Shown here: piece after piece, positions 37,134 to 46,785 of the stretch | Position numbering within the stretch: the first letter of the stretch is position 1 | How the letters are laid out: every line of letters starts with the position of its first letter | IMG/VR virus record: IMGVR_UViG_3300031576_000512 | Coordinates: 1-62,162 of that record | DNA length: 62,162 bases | Direction: 5' to 3' (one strand) | Source of the DNA: a virus | Taxonomy: Duplodnaviria; Caudoviricetes | The notes under the pieces: model-generated | The model's database searches: none | What the model was told of the DNA's origin: nothing | Seen by the model: the letters and a program-made list of their open reading frames with translations, nothing else | Translations under genes and position numbers: made by a program

Positions 37134-38423
37134 ATGGCCCTTCCTCTGCCTTTCACCACGCTCGACTTGCAAGGTGAACCTGTCCTGGCAAAGAACGTCG
37201 TCATTGCGGGCAGGAACATCAAGCAGCTTGTCGTGGAGGCTGGTTTCGGCGGCAGCACCGGTGGCGGCAGCTCAGTCATCAACCTGAGTCGCCTACAAGT
37301 TGCACAGCTCTACCCGATCTTCGAGCACAACTTCACCGAGAACATTCTCGATACTTTGATCTGGCACACCAAATTTACTGGTGCTGGCAGCCAGACGTAT
37401 CTGACGGATGAGAAAGCGCAGCGGCTTACTGTTACTGGTGCTGCAGTTGATTCAGTGATTCGGCAGACCAAGCAATACTTCCCTTACTCCTTCGGTCAGC
37501 TCTTCAACGCTGACATTGGTGCGTTGCTCGACAGTCCAGTTGCCAATGTCCGGAAGCGAATCGGGTATTTCGATGTAAACGATGGTTTCTTCTGGCAGCA
37601 AGACGGCACAGGACTCAGCATTGTTGGTCGTTCCAGCACATCTGGTGTACCAGTCGATACGGTGATTCCGCAAGCATCGTGGAACGTCGACAAGTTTGAT
37701 GGTTCCGGTCCAAGTGGCGTGACCCTGGATGTCACCAAAGCTCAACTATTCCATGTTGAGATCCATGGTCGTCCTGGTGTCGTTCGTCTTGGTTTCATCG
37801 TCAACGGCGCCATTCAGATCGCACACGAGTTCTTTTCAGCGAACACGCTAGCGTTTCTCATCGCTCGGGTTGTTACTCTTCCTGTGCGCTTGGAGATCGC
37901 GAACACTGCATTGTCTGCGGGCGCCAGCATCAAGCACTACGGTGCTCGCACTGCCGCTGATGCAGAGCTGACCAAATTCGGGACAGTTCGCAGTGTTGAC
38001 AATGACAATACGAACAGGAACGTCAGTGCTGCGTTATTACCTCTTGTTTCGATCAGACTCAAGGCAGCAAACATTCGTGGCACGCTCTTTCCTGAAAGCT
38101 TGCAGGTTCTCATCACCAGCTCCAATGATGTTTACTGGCAGTTGATTTTGAATGGCACACTGACAGCCCCGACTTGGGTCTCAGTTGGTGCTACTTCCAT
38201 GGCCGAGGTTGATGTTGTTGCATCAGCCATTGCAGGTGGCACTGTCATCGATAGCGGTTACACGAGCAATGCTATCTACTTCCACAAGGACATCAAGAGC
38301 CGCTTTCCAATCGTCTCGGACATCGATGCTGTGCCTGACACGCTGACTCTTGCTGCCAAGCGCATCGTTGGCGCTGGTAACACCAGCACCTTCGGTCAAC
38401 TGAATTTCAAGGAGGTCTACTAA
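37134..38423 (+). CDS. Beta-rich probable virion structural protein
   Basis: SD AAGGAG; IRQTKQYFPY, RIGYFD..DGFF, WNVDKFDGSGPSG; G/T/S/V-rich. Confidence 0.65.
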   Translation: MALPLPFTTLDLQGEPVLAKNVVIAGRNIKQLVVEAGFGGSTGGGSSVINLSRLQVAQLYPIFEHNFTENILDTLIWHTKFTGAGSQTYLTDEKAQRLTVTGAAVDSVIRQTKQYFPYSFGQLFNADIGALLDSPVANVRKRIGYFDVNDGFFWQQDGTGLSIVGRSSTSGVPVDTVIPQASWNVDKFDGSGPSGVTLDVTKAQLFHVEIHGRPGVVRLGFIVNGAIQIAHEFFSANTLAFLIARVVTLPVRLEIANTALSAGASIKHYGARTAADAELTKFGTVRSVDNDNTNRNVSAALLPLVSIRLKAANIRGTLFPESLQVLITSSNDVYWQLILNGTLTAPTWVSVGATSMAEVDVVASAIAGGTVIDSGYTSNAIYFHKDIKSRFPIVSDIDAVPDTLTLAAKRIVGAGNTSTFGQLNFKEVY

Positions 38424-38842
38424 TGCCACGGCTCTCAACCAACGACCCGATGCCAATTATCGGGCTGAATCTTGTTGGTGACGGTGTGAAGGATCAGGTT
38501 CCATTTGGCACTGTGAAGAACATCGATTTCAAGATCGCCGGCAATCCGAAGTTCCTATCAGGTTCCGAGTTCTATACCAAGAATTCGGTCATCGGTGACT
38601 TCATCACCGTTCAGATTGTCGATGTCGACAATATTCTCGGTGGTGGCGCTGGTATGGTCGTGCGTCAACTCATCAACAAATTCTATGTCTTCCCCGATCA
38701 ACAGATGATCCTTGAGCTACCATTCTCTGGTCGCATTCCCAAGGATCTGTACCTTCGACTCAAATACACGTCAATTGGTGCTGCTTTGCCTGTTGATGTA
38801 CTCTGCAACTACCTGCTCTTCATCCGTGCCGGGGAAGTCTAA
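38423..38842 (+). CDS. Hypothetical beta-rich protein
   Basis: TAATG coupling to upstream gene. Confidence 0.7.
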   Translation: MPRLSTNDPMPIIGLNLVGDGVKDQVPFGTVKNIDFKIAGNPKFLSGSEFYTKNSVIGDFITVQIVDVDNILGGGAGMVVRQLINKFYVFPDQQMILELPFSGRIPKDLYLRLKYTSIGAALPVDVLCNYLLFIRAGEV

Positions 38843-38858
38843 GAAAGAGGAGTCAAAG

Positions 38859-39134
38859 ATGGAATTTGCTAACTTTGCATGTGCTGCTGGGCTCAGCTTC
38901 AAGCCTCTCGTCGAAGCAATCAAGGCTTCATGGACGACTTTGAAGCTCGAACTTGAGAATGATGGTAGCCTATACGTCTACAAAGACGAAGTTGGATATG
39001 GGCCTGGAATCAGCATGATACACATCGAGCTGAATGCCGATTTAGCTTCTGTTCATCTCAACTTCGACGGATCAACGGAAACCAAAGACATCATCGAGCA
39101 GTTGAGACAACAATTCGCCAGCAGGATGATCTAA
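38859..39134 (+). CDS. Hypothetical protein
   Basis: SD GAGGAG. Confidence 0.6.
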   Translation: MEFANFACAAGLSFKPLVEAIKASWTTLKLELENDGSLYVYKDEVGYGPGISMIHIELNADLASVHLNFDGSTETKDIIEQLRQQFASRMI

Positions 39135-39367
39135 TGATTGCGCGTGTGACAGCAGAAACTCATGGATACAAACGCACCGACGAACTCTACCGGGACCACG
39201 AGACGTTTGAACGGTCGCTGATAGGTTGCAAAGTCGAGCGGCTGCGTTTGGATGTTGAACTGGTGGATGAGCGGGACATTCAAGCTGTTGAAAATTGGAT
39301 CAAGTATGCCCGTCTGACTTTGTGTACGAGTTGGTCCTATGCCCAGAGCAGCAATCGGAATCCCTGA
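39134..39367 (+). CDS. Hypothetical protein
   Basis: TAATG coupling. Confidence 0.55.
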   Translation: MIARVTAETHGYKRTDELYRDHETFERSLIGCKVERLRLDVELVDERDIQAVENWIKYARLTLCTSWSYAQSSNRNP

Positions 39368-41015
39368 TCGTGATGTTTACGCCGATCCGACGACAGATGG
39401 TCTGACTCCAGGCCAACTAACCGATTGGGTCGTCCAGCATCATCTTGCGCGCCGGGCCGGCCCTCACTATGACGTGCGCTTCGGGACCCCGCAGACTGGC
39501 CTCTACTCGTGGGCTGTTCGCAAGGGCCTGCCACTTCCTGGTGCTCGCCACCTGGCTGTCCAGCAGCCTACTCATGAGCATGGCTACAAGGACTTCGAGG
39601 GTGAGATCCCCGGCGGCTATGGTGCTGGCAAAGTCAAGAAGCATCAGGCCGGTAACATCCTGATCACGAAGATCGATCCGAATGCAGTTCACTTCACTAC
39701 TGCGCAGGGTCGATTTCCAGAGCGGTTCACTTTGGTCAAACCCAAGGCGGGTCGTAACTGGTTGCTTATCAACACCACTCCGACCCAGCCAGTCCCTTAT
39801 GAGAAGGTCCACTATGCGACCATCCCTACCGACAAAGCTGAGGAGATTATTGGCGGTCTTCAACCTGGCAGCTCTGTTCAGGCGAAGGTCGATGGAGCAT
39901 CGAGTCTCACACGATTGTTCAAAGACCACGTCGAGGTGGTTTCGTATCGAACAGCAAAGAGAACGGGACACCCTATCGTCCACACCGAGCGAGTCTTTCA
40001 TGGACGACCCGGGTCGCAGATCCCTCCTGAGCTTGTTGGAACGGTTCTGCGGGGCGAACTATATGGCATTGGCCCCGAGGGCCGTGCTGTGCCACCACAG
40101 CAGCTGGGAGGATTGCTCAATGCAGGAGTTGCCAGATCAATCGAACAGCAGAAAGCCCAGCAGATCAAGCTGCGTAATCTCGTTTTCGACCTCCATCAAT
40201 ACGGTGGACAGCCCACCGCTGGGATGCCTTACAGCGAACGGATGACCAAGCTGAAGGAAGTCCTCAAGCATCTGCCAGGAGACACCTTCCATGCACCGGA
40301 GGAAGCAACCACCCCGGAAGCTGCTCGTCAGCTCTTCGAGCAGATTCGGTCAGGTAAGCACCCGCTGACGCAAGAGGGCATCGTCATCCATCCATCGATC
40401 GGCAACCCATCCAAGGTCAAGTTCATGGACGAACATGATGTTCACATCAGGGAGATCTTCCCTGGCATGGGCAAGTATCAGGGAACTGCAGCTGGTGGCT
40501 TCCGCTACAGCCACGAGCCAGAGGGGCCGGTCGTTGGCGAAGTTGGCACTGGACTGTCCGATGAGCTACGTCGTGACTTGTGGGAGAACCAAGCCGATTA
40601 CGTTGGCCGGGTCGCTAAGGTCCAGGCACAGCAGAAGTTCCCGTCTGGTGCTTTGCGAGCACCGTCATTGCTTTCCATTCACGAGGACTACCCGGCAGTA
40701 GCCGCCCAGCAAGCAACTGCCGGCATGGGTAGCGCCCGTCAACGTGTACGTGCCTTGCGTCAGCCAAGTGCTGGCCAACCGCTTCAACATGTCGGTAGTG
40801 CTTTGTCAGCGTTGCGGCAGGCCAAGTCTGAATCAGACCGTGGAAACTGGCCAGCAAAGCACGACCTGGTCCGTCAGACCATCATGACTGAGCCACAAAA
40901 TTTCACCATTGATTCAGAGGCAGGCGGCATCGCTGGACTGACACACAAGCCGACCGGGTTCAAGATCCACCTCCCGTCGACTGCTGTTCCAACCGAACTC
41001 CGCCTCCCTCAGTAG
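39339..41015 (+). CDS. LigD-like 3'-phosphoesterase fused to ATP-dependent ligase and OB domain
   Basis: VVQHHLARRAGPHYDVRF, YSWAVRK, DFEGEI..GYGAG; KVDG, GELY, VFD, EGIV, KVK; VGTGLSD. Confidence 0.88.
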   Translation: MPRAAIGIPDRDVYADPTTDGLTPGQLTDWVVQHHLARRAGPHYDVRFGTPQTGLYSWAVRKGLPLPGARHLAVQQPTHEHGYKDFEGEIPGGYGAGKVKKHQAGNILITKIDPNAVHFTTAQGRFPERFTLVKPKAGRNWLLINTTPTQPVPYEKVHYATIPTDKAEEIIGGLQPGSSVQAKVDGASSLTRLFKDHVEVVSYRTAKRTGHPIVHTERVFHGRPGSQIPPELVGTVLRGELYGIGPEGRAVPPQQLGGLLNAGVARSIEQQKAQQIKLRNLVFDLHQYGGQPTAGMPYSERMTKLKEVLKHLPGDTFHAPEEATTPEAARQLFEQIRSGKHPLTQEGIVIHPSIGNPSKVKFMDEHDVHIREIFPGMGKYQGTAAGGFRYSHEPEGPVVGEVGTGLSDELRRDLWENQADYVGRVAKVQAQQKFPSGALRAPSLLSIHEDYPAVAAQQATAGMGSARQRVRALRQPSAGQPLQHVGSALSALRQAKSESDRGNWPAKHDLVRQTIMTEPQNFTIDSEAGGIAGLTHKPTGFKIHLPSTAVPTELRLPQ

Positions 41016-41026
41016 GAGGTTTACCA

Positions 41027-41452
41027 ATGATCATGTCTTGGCAAGACTTGCTTGCGATTTACTGCATCATGCTCAGCTGGTCTATCCTGATCAGTTTCAC
41101 TTTCACGATGTTGCTGTACATGTACATCCAAGATCGATTTGATCGGGTGGATAAGAGAGTCCGCCGGACTATGCTGATGGGTCGCGCACGAAAGACCGAA
41201 GTCTTTAACCCACCAGCTGAGGATGTCGCTCCACCTCCAATGGCTGAGCCAGTAGAACAGCCACAGGTGACTCCATACTCCGTGTATCTGCAGTCTCATG
41301 CTGAGCTGTGGAAGCTGCGTGTCAAGGGTGAAGATGCCACCGACTACGCTGATTACCTGCGTGGTGTGATGGAGGAATGCTGGTCGCAACTTGATGCGAC
41401 TCAGCGAGAGAACGCCGAACGCGACAGCGCTGAATCTTGGCGACACGTCTAA
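41027..41452 (+). CDS. Membrane-anchored hypothetical protein
   Basis: SD AGGAGG; N-terminal TM. Confidence 0.7.
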   Translation: MIMSWQDLLAIYCIMLSWSILISFTFTMLLYMYIQDRFDRVDKRVRRTMLMGRARKTEVFNPPAEDVAPPPMAEPVEQPQVTPYSVYLQSHAELWKLRVKGEDATDYADYLRGVMEECWSQLDATQRENAERDSAESWRHV

Positions 41453-41701
41453 AATTCAGGTCGTAATGCGTCACTATTGAATGACGTGGTTTACTACGGC
41501 CGTCAGTCGCTCGCAGAAACTCCTCACGCTGACTGACGTGAGGTGACGTCAACTTCTCGACCGGAGCTGATTTTTAGTATCCAGGTCTTGATACAAGTGA
41601 AGTTACGTAGTAGTATCATCCACTGATGCCCGAGAAGAAATGGGTTGGCAACGGTTGCTGGCTCAACATTTTCTTCAGTTTCCTCGTATAGAGGTGCAGT
41701 T

Positions 41702-41836
41702 ATGAGCAGTCAGGCGAATGCCTCCAATCCCAACCCGAACAGCGGCAAGCCCGCCACGAAGGGCAAGCCTCGCAAGGGTAGCAAGGGTGGCAAGGGCAAG
41801 GGGGCAAAGGGCACGGGGTCATCTCGGGGTCGCTAA
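41702..41836 (+). CDS. 44-aa Lys/Gly-rich basic peptide
   Basis: SD GAGG; MSSQANASNPNPNSGKPATKGKPRKGSKGGKGKGAKGTGSSRGR. Confidence 0.6.
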   Translation: MSSQANASNPNPNSGKPATKGKPRKGSKGGKGKGAKGTGSSRGR

Positions 41837-41868
41837 ACCCCAAAGAATGATACTCGGCCTTCGGTAAG

Positions 41869-41906
41869 AACGAGGGGCTCCATAGCGGAGCCCCTCGTTG
41901 TGTTTT
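41869..41906 (+). terminator. Intrinsic terminator
   Basis: AACGAGGGGCTCC-ATAGC-GGAGCCCCTCGTT then GTGTTTT. Confidence 0.75.
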
Positions 41907-41943
41907 GACAGATGACGTTTTCTTTACGCATCAGGAGTAGTTC

Positions 41944-43146
41944 GTGTCAACGATGATGCAGATGTTCGATGAAGTCATGGTGTGTCTCGACCAGCAACTC
42001 AATGTTCTATTGGTGAGCGCACCTGGCATGGGTAAGAGTTCCTTCACCAAGTGGATGGCCAAAGAGCTCAAGATCCTTCACATCGACATCAATCTCTCGC
42101 AGAACGAAGGCATTGATGTTCACGGTGCTCGTGTCATCTCACGGGAGCCGAAAACCATCAACGGTCAGCAATGCACGGTGACCGTGCAGGCGCCACCAGA
42201 TTACGCCATCGACGCTGTCAATTCTCCAGTTGGCGCGCTCATTAACTTCGAGGAACTGACCTGTGTCCCGCCGGCAGAGGCCGGTCCGACGCTGGGCATC
42301 TTCTCGGACTACATCATCGGAGGCATTCGCCTCGACAGGGATAAGGTTGGCATCACGGCCTGCTGCAATCCGCCGGAGATGTCCGCCGGTGGTTGGAAGC
42401 TCAGCCTTCCCACCATCAATCGCTTTGTCCGACTCAACTTCGAGCAGGATGTAGGCGAATGGGCAGAGAACTTCATCACCTACTGGGACGACCCGCCAGT
42501 CATCAAGCGTTGGGGACGCGAGACTTCTGAGAGTGAGTGGTCTCGTGATCGTGCCGTCATTGCAGCCTTCGCCAAACAGTTCCCAGACCTGGTGAACAAG
42601 CCACCTGAAGCAGGGTCAGCGGAAGAGGCATTTTGCACATTCCGTTCGTTGGACTTCGCGAGCCGCATCAAGACGGGCTGTCGATTGCGCAACCTCAAGG
42701 AGGATCGGAGACAGAAGTTGTGGGCTGGCGCCATTGGCGCACCGGCCACCAAGCAGCTCTTCGAGTACCTCAACACCTTCGACTTGCCAGCTCCCAGCGA
42801 CATCATCGACAACCCGGACGATTTCGACATGTCGGTCGTCCCTTCGGACAAGATGTTCTACCTGATCATGGCTTGTGTCGCTGAGATTCTGAATCGGAAG
42901 CGTCAGGGTGACATCAAGAAGACTGACAAGAAGTTCCACGGTTACGTCATCAAGTCGTGGGAGAACATGTGGGAAATCTTGCTCCACGTACTCAAGAGCA
43001 AGGGACCCAAGGACATCGTGGCCGCAGCCGGTCGTCGTCTCGCTGACCCGATGAACTACCCCAAGGGCGCCGAACCGCCGGTGTCGATTGAAGAAGTCGT
43101 CAAGGTGGTGCGTGCATCCGGTGTCGATTGGAGACGCAGCAAATGA
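41944..43146 (+). CDS. MoxR-type AAA+ ATPase
   Basis: SAPGMGKS, INFEEL (Walker B), ACCNP, NRF. Confidence 0.85.
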   Translation: MSTMMQMFDEVMVCLDQQLNVLLVSAPGMGKSSFTKWMAKELKILHIDINLSQNEGIDVHGARVISREPKTINGQQCTVTVQAPPDYAIDAVNSPVGALINFEELTCVPPAEAGPTLGIFSDYIIGGIRLDRDKVGITACCNPPEMSAGGWKLSLPTINRFVRLNFEQDVGEWAENFITYWDDPPVIKRWGRETSESEWSRDRAVIAAFAKQFPDLVNKPPEAGSAEEAFCTFRSLDFASRIKTGCRLRNLKEDRRQKLWAGAIGAPATKQLFEYLNTFDLPAPSDIIDNPDDFDMSVVPSDKMFYLIMACVAEILNRKRQGDIKKTDKKFHGYVIKSWENMWEILLHVLKSKGPKDIVAAAGRRLADPMNYPKGAEPPVSIEEVVKVVRASGVDWRRSK

Positions 43147-43712
43147 GTTTTGCTGTTCAGATTGAGTGCAGCGATGAGCAGCACCATGTTGTGGTCGATC
43201 TGGAGCAGCAATCAGTTCGAGCTCCTGCTCATCCCATCGAGCTCATGCAGCGCTACAAGGCATTGTATGAGCTCGGTGGTGAGCCGCTGCCCTGCTGTCT
43301 CTTGGCGATCTGGTGGTCTGAAAAGATTTATCCTGGCTATCTACGCCTGGAGATGGACACCGGTGAACCAGAAGTGAGCAGATTACTTCGCCTGAAACTC
43401 TATGCAAAGGTCTATCCTTCTGTTGGTGTCTATCATCAGACGCCTATGGTCGTCGTACCTCGGTTCAAGTCGCCACTGCTGGTTGGCCAGGAAGGTTACC
43501 ATATCGGCGGCAAGGGTCAGATCATCAAAAAAGTAGATGCCTACCATAATGCTGGCGGCACCACTGTTTATCACAAACCAACTCAGCGCATCTTGGTTGG
43601 TGAGGACTGGATGATTGCCAAGCATCTTTTCATGCGTTCGAGCGAGGAGTTACTGCAACATGATGGCGATCCCGATCCGTTGTGGCTTGAAACAACATCG
43701 GATCATCCTTGA
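43143..43712 (+). CDS. C-H-H-C domain protein, paralogue 1
   Basis: IECSDEQHHVVV...AH...ELGGEPLPC. Confidence 0.75.
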   Translation: MSFAVQIECSDEQHHVVVDLEQQSVRAPAHPIELMQRYKALYELGGEPLPCCLLAIWWSEKIYPGYLRLEMDTGEPEVSRLLRLKLYAKVYPSVGVYHQTPMVVVPRFKSPLLVGQEGYHIGGKGQIIKKVDAYHNAGGTTVYHKPTQRILVGEDWMIAKHLFMRSSEELLQHDGDPDPLWLETTSDHP

Positions 43713-44160
43713 TTTCAGCTCTGGTGCCGTCATCTTTGGAGATCACAGCAAAGAGGAAGTTGATCGTCACCTGGCGTGGGTTGATTTGGGTGGGGAGAAG
43801 TGTGGCTGCCTTCAACTTGTCACATGGTTAAACAGGATCTTCCAGTCGCGTATTCTTAGGCTGATTCGCTATGCTTCAGAACCGTACCTCTGGACTAAGT
43901 GGCGGGTTGAGGCATCCAAACGAATACGAAAAGCTGCTGGGATTCCCGGCTCACAATGTTCGATCAGCGTTCTGGACGGCGGCTTTCCACCAACCAAAGC
44001 TGGGCGTAGTTCGTATTACACGAACAAATCGGGCGTCATTGTTCATAACGCCAGCGCTTATCGTGGCGCCTGGGGTAAACCAATCTACCATCCATCAACA
44101 ATCAAGATTGAGGTCGGACATGAGTGGCTCATCCAAGAGGATCTTGCACAACTTTGCTGA
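43660..44160 (+). CDS. C-H-H-C domain protein, paralogue 2
   Basis: IRCGLKQHRII...DH...DLGGEKCGC. Confidence 0.75.
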   Translation: MMAIPIRCGLKQHRIILDFSSGAVIFGDHSKEEVDRHLAWVDLGGEKCGCLQLVTWLNRIFQSRILRLIRYASEPYLWTKWRVEASKRIRKAAGIPGSQCSISVLDGGFPPTKAGRSSYYTNKSGVIVHNASAYRGAWGKPIYHPSTIKIEVGHEWLIQEDLAQLC

Positions 44161-44167
44161 GAATATC

Positions 44168-44452
44168 ATGAACGCCTCTACTTTCTCCATTCCAGTCAAA
44201 TGTGGTGGTAACACGCATCAGATCGTAATCGATCCGTTGACGCTCAAGGCTACTGTTGCTGATCACGTCACACCAATGAGTCGTTATGAAGCCCTCAACG
44301 AGCTCGGCGGCGAGGCTCCAGAATGTCACCGAGTGTGTTGGATGTTCAACGAGATGTCCAGTTCGTTTCGAGACAAGCCAGAGAATTTCTGGATTTTCAT
44401 CAAGGAGCTGGCAGAATTCTGCCTCGAATCATCAAAGGAAGTAGCGAAATGA
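44168..44452 (+). CDS. C-H-H-C domain protein, paralogue 3
   Basis: VKCGGNTHQIV...DH...ELGGEAPEC. Confidence 0.75.
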   Translation: MNASTFSIPVKCGGNTHQIVIDPLTLKATVADHVTPMSRYEALNELGGEAPECHRVCWMFNEMSSSFRDKPENFWIFIKELAEFCLESSKEVAK

Positions 44453-45765
44453 CTACACCTATACCACCTGTGCCAAAGATCAGCGACAACGATATTTATG
44501 CGGCTCGACTGCGAGCCTGTGATGCGACTCTGGGCTTTCCATACCTCAGCTACGCTTTGCTAAGTATGGTCCCGGTCATCACTGATCGTGTGCCTACTTG
44601 TGCAGTTGATCGGTGGTGGCGTGTGTATGTCAACCCGAACTTCTTCGCCAAGTTGACACCTGATGAAGGTGCCATGGCCATGGTTCACGAGACCTGGCAT
44701 TTGCTGCTCGAACATGCCGATCGGGCAGACCGGCAAGGCATACCTGTTAGTGACAATGAGATCTGGAACTTCGCTGGTGACATCGAGATCAATCAGCACG
44801 ATGCGATCTACAAGAGGCTACCAGGGGAACCACTGACGCCTGACACCTTCAAGTTCAAACCCAACCTGCTGGCTGAGGAATACTACGAGCTGCTCAAGAA
44901 GCTGCCGAAGATCACCATCAGCATCCAGCCAATGCCTGGCTCAGGACATTGCGGTTCGTGTGCCCATGGCAACTCGGCTGACTACGAACTCCCGGCCCCG
45001 ACTCACACGACCGGCGATGGTCAGGATGGCAAGAAGAATGGAAGTAGTCATGTGCCCGGCATCAGTGAGGCACGCAGCAAGATTATTGCCCAGGAAGTCG
45101 CACGTCAGATCCAAGAAGCTTCCAAGACCAGAGGCAATGTGCCAGCCGGTTGGCAACGCTGGGCCGACAAGTTCCTGACGCCAAAGGTTGATTATCGACC
45201 GTTCTTGCGTCAGAGCATCCAGGGCATGATCATCTCGAAGTCGGGTTATTCCTATCCGAGCTATCGCAAGCCAAGTCGTCGACAGCATCTCAATCCCGAT
45301 TTCTTGCGTCCGTATTACAAGGACATCTTGCCCAAGGTGGCCATGATCATTGACACCTCTGGGTCGATGAGTGATCTGCAGGTTGGCCAAGGCATCGCTG
45401 AGGTTGATGGCGTCTTGCAGACGTTCTCTCACCGAGCAGACATTGCTGTGTACTTCACCGACACTGCAGCTGCAGCGGCACAGAAGGTTCGCAGCACCCG
45501 TGACCTTCGACCTATTGGTGGCGGTGGTACAGACATGGGCGCCGGCTTTCAAGCGATCGACGCAGATGCCAAAAAGAACCCTAACTCGCAACCGTCGACG
45601 ATCATCGTCATCACTGATGGTTACACACCATGGCCAGACTTGCCGCCTAACTACGCCAACGTCTTGGTTGTTCTAGTTGGCGACGGTACATCAGCTCCGT
45701 GGGCCAAGGCTCCAGTGCATGCAACCATCAAGCTGCAGCTACCGGAGCCACGACAGAGTGCGTGA
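44449..45765 (+). CDS. DUF2201-like metallopeptidase plus VWA domain protein
   Basis: HETWH, WNFAGDIEIN; IDTSGSM, GGGTD, ITDG. Confidence 0.9.
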   Translation: MTTPIPPVPKISDNDIYAARLRACDATLGFPYLSYALLSMVPVITDRVPTCAVDRWWRVYVNPNFFAKLTPDEGAMAMVHETWHLLLEHADRADRQGIPVSDNEIWNFAGDIEINQHDAIYKRLPGEPLTPDTFKFKPNLLAEEYYELLKKLPKITISIQPMPGSGHCGSCAHGNSADYELPAPTHTTGDGQDGKKNGSSHVPGISEARSKIIAQEVARQIQEASKTRGNVPAGWQRWADKFLTPKVDYRPFLRQSIQGMIISKSGYSYPSYRKPSRRQHLNPDFLRPYYKDILPKVAMIIDTSGSMSDLQVGQGIAEVDGVLQTFSHRADIAVYFTDTAAAAAQKVRSTRDLRPIGGGGTDMGAGFQAIDADAKKNPNSQPSTIIVITDGYTPWPDLPPNYANVLVVLVGDGTSAPWAKAPVHATIKLQLPEPRQSA

Positions 45766-45785
45766 AATCATCTCGTCCTGCTGGA

Positions 45786-45830
45786 GAAGAGGGTGGTCCA
45801 GTGAAAGCTGTCGCTACCCTCTTCTTTTTT
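45786..45830 (+). terminator. Probable intrinsic terminator
   Basis: AGAAGAGGGTGG...CTACCCTCTTCT then T run. Confidence 0.55.
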
Positions 45831-45871
45831 AGTCAGTGGGCGGTTATCCTGTAGCAAGTGGAGGAAGCAGT

Positions 45872-46438
45872 ATGACTTGGCTCGAAATTTCTCTAATGGC
45901 AGTTCTACCAGTAGTTGTGATCTGGTTATGGCACCGCCATGAAGAGAAGGTGAAAGAGTACGAAGGACTGAAGCTCGCAGTAGATCGCCTTCGAGTGAAC
46001 GTCGACGTTTTCTTCTCACCAGACGGTGGCTGTGCAAAGGCAATCTGCGCCGAGATCGACCAGGCACACGATGTGATCTTGGTCATGGCGTACTACTTAA
46101 CCAGTGTTGAGATCATCTCTTCTCTTGCCCTGGCAGTCACTCGTGACGTTAAAGTCAGCCTGATTACCGACGATAAAGGCGACAACTCTGCGAACCTGGA
46201 GTGGCTTCGCAAGAACGCTCATGAACACTGGGTCGACAAACGCCATGCAATCATGCACAATAAGGTCATGGTGATCGATGGCCGGGTGGTGATTACAGGC
46301 TCGTTTAACTTCACCGAAAATGCAGAAGAGAACAACGCTGAGAATCTGCTGATCATCCGATCCCACCGGGCTGCTGATTGCTATGCTGGTAACTGGCAGA
46401 CACACAAACAGCACTCCGTCCCGGGGAAACCAGCATGA
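45872..46438 (+). CDS. Phospholipase D family (Nuc-like) nuclease with N-terminal TM
   Basis: FFSPDGG, HNKVMVID, TGSFNFT, NAEN. Confidence 0.92.
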   Translation: MTWLEISLMAVLPVVVIWLWHRHEEKVKEYEGLKLAVDRLRVNVDVFFSPDGGCAKAICAEIDQAHDVILVMAYYLTSVEIISSLALAVTRDVKVSLITDDKGDNSANLEWLRKNAHEHWVDKRHAIMHNKVMVIDGRVVITGSFNFTENAEENNAENLLIIRSHRAADCYAGNWQTHKQHSVPGKPA

Positions 46439-46743
46439 CCATCAAGCTGTATGATGCTGTTCGGCAGTGCATTCGCGCACAGCTCAATCTCCACACAGCG
46501 CAGCAAACACTTGCTGATCCTGTGAATATCGATGTTCATCGAGACCAACTGAAGCGTGGCACTTTGCAAGAGGCGATGTACATGTCCATTGGCGTCCTTG
46601 CTCGTCTGGACGTCATCAACGATCCGTTCAATGATGAGGTGCAAGCCTCTGCACGTGAACTGGTTGGCATCATTTCTCGGCGGTTGGACATTGACGCCGA
46701 GGATAAATTCGGAGTACCTTTGAAATCAAAGGAAACTTCGTGA
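46435..46743 (+). CDS. Hypothetical protein
   Basis: ATGA coupling. Confidence 0.65.
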   Translation: MTIKLYDAVRQCIRAQLNLHTAQQTLADPVNIDVHRDQLKRGTLQEAMYMSIGVLARLDVINDPFNDEVQASARELVGIISRRLDIDAEDKFGVPLKSKETS

Positions 46744-46757
46744 TTAACTCCTGGAAC

Positions 46758-46773
46758 GAGTAATTTTTTACTC
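46758..46773. promoter_or_regulatory. AGTA-N6-TACT palindrome
   Basis: GAGTA-ATTTTT-TACTC adjacent to SD of ORF 46786. Confidence 0.7.
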
Positions 46774-46785
46774 AAGGATGCACTC

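Noticed and set aside
41465-41555. Clustered TGACGT motifs and a CGTCAGTC/GACTGACG stem
   Set aside because: Short, single locus, no second instance to support a function
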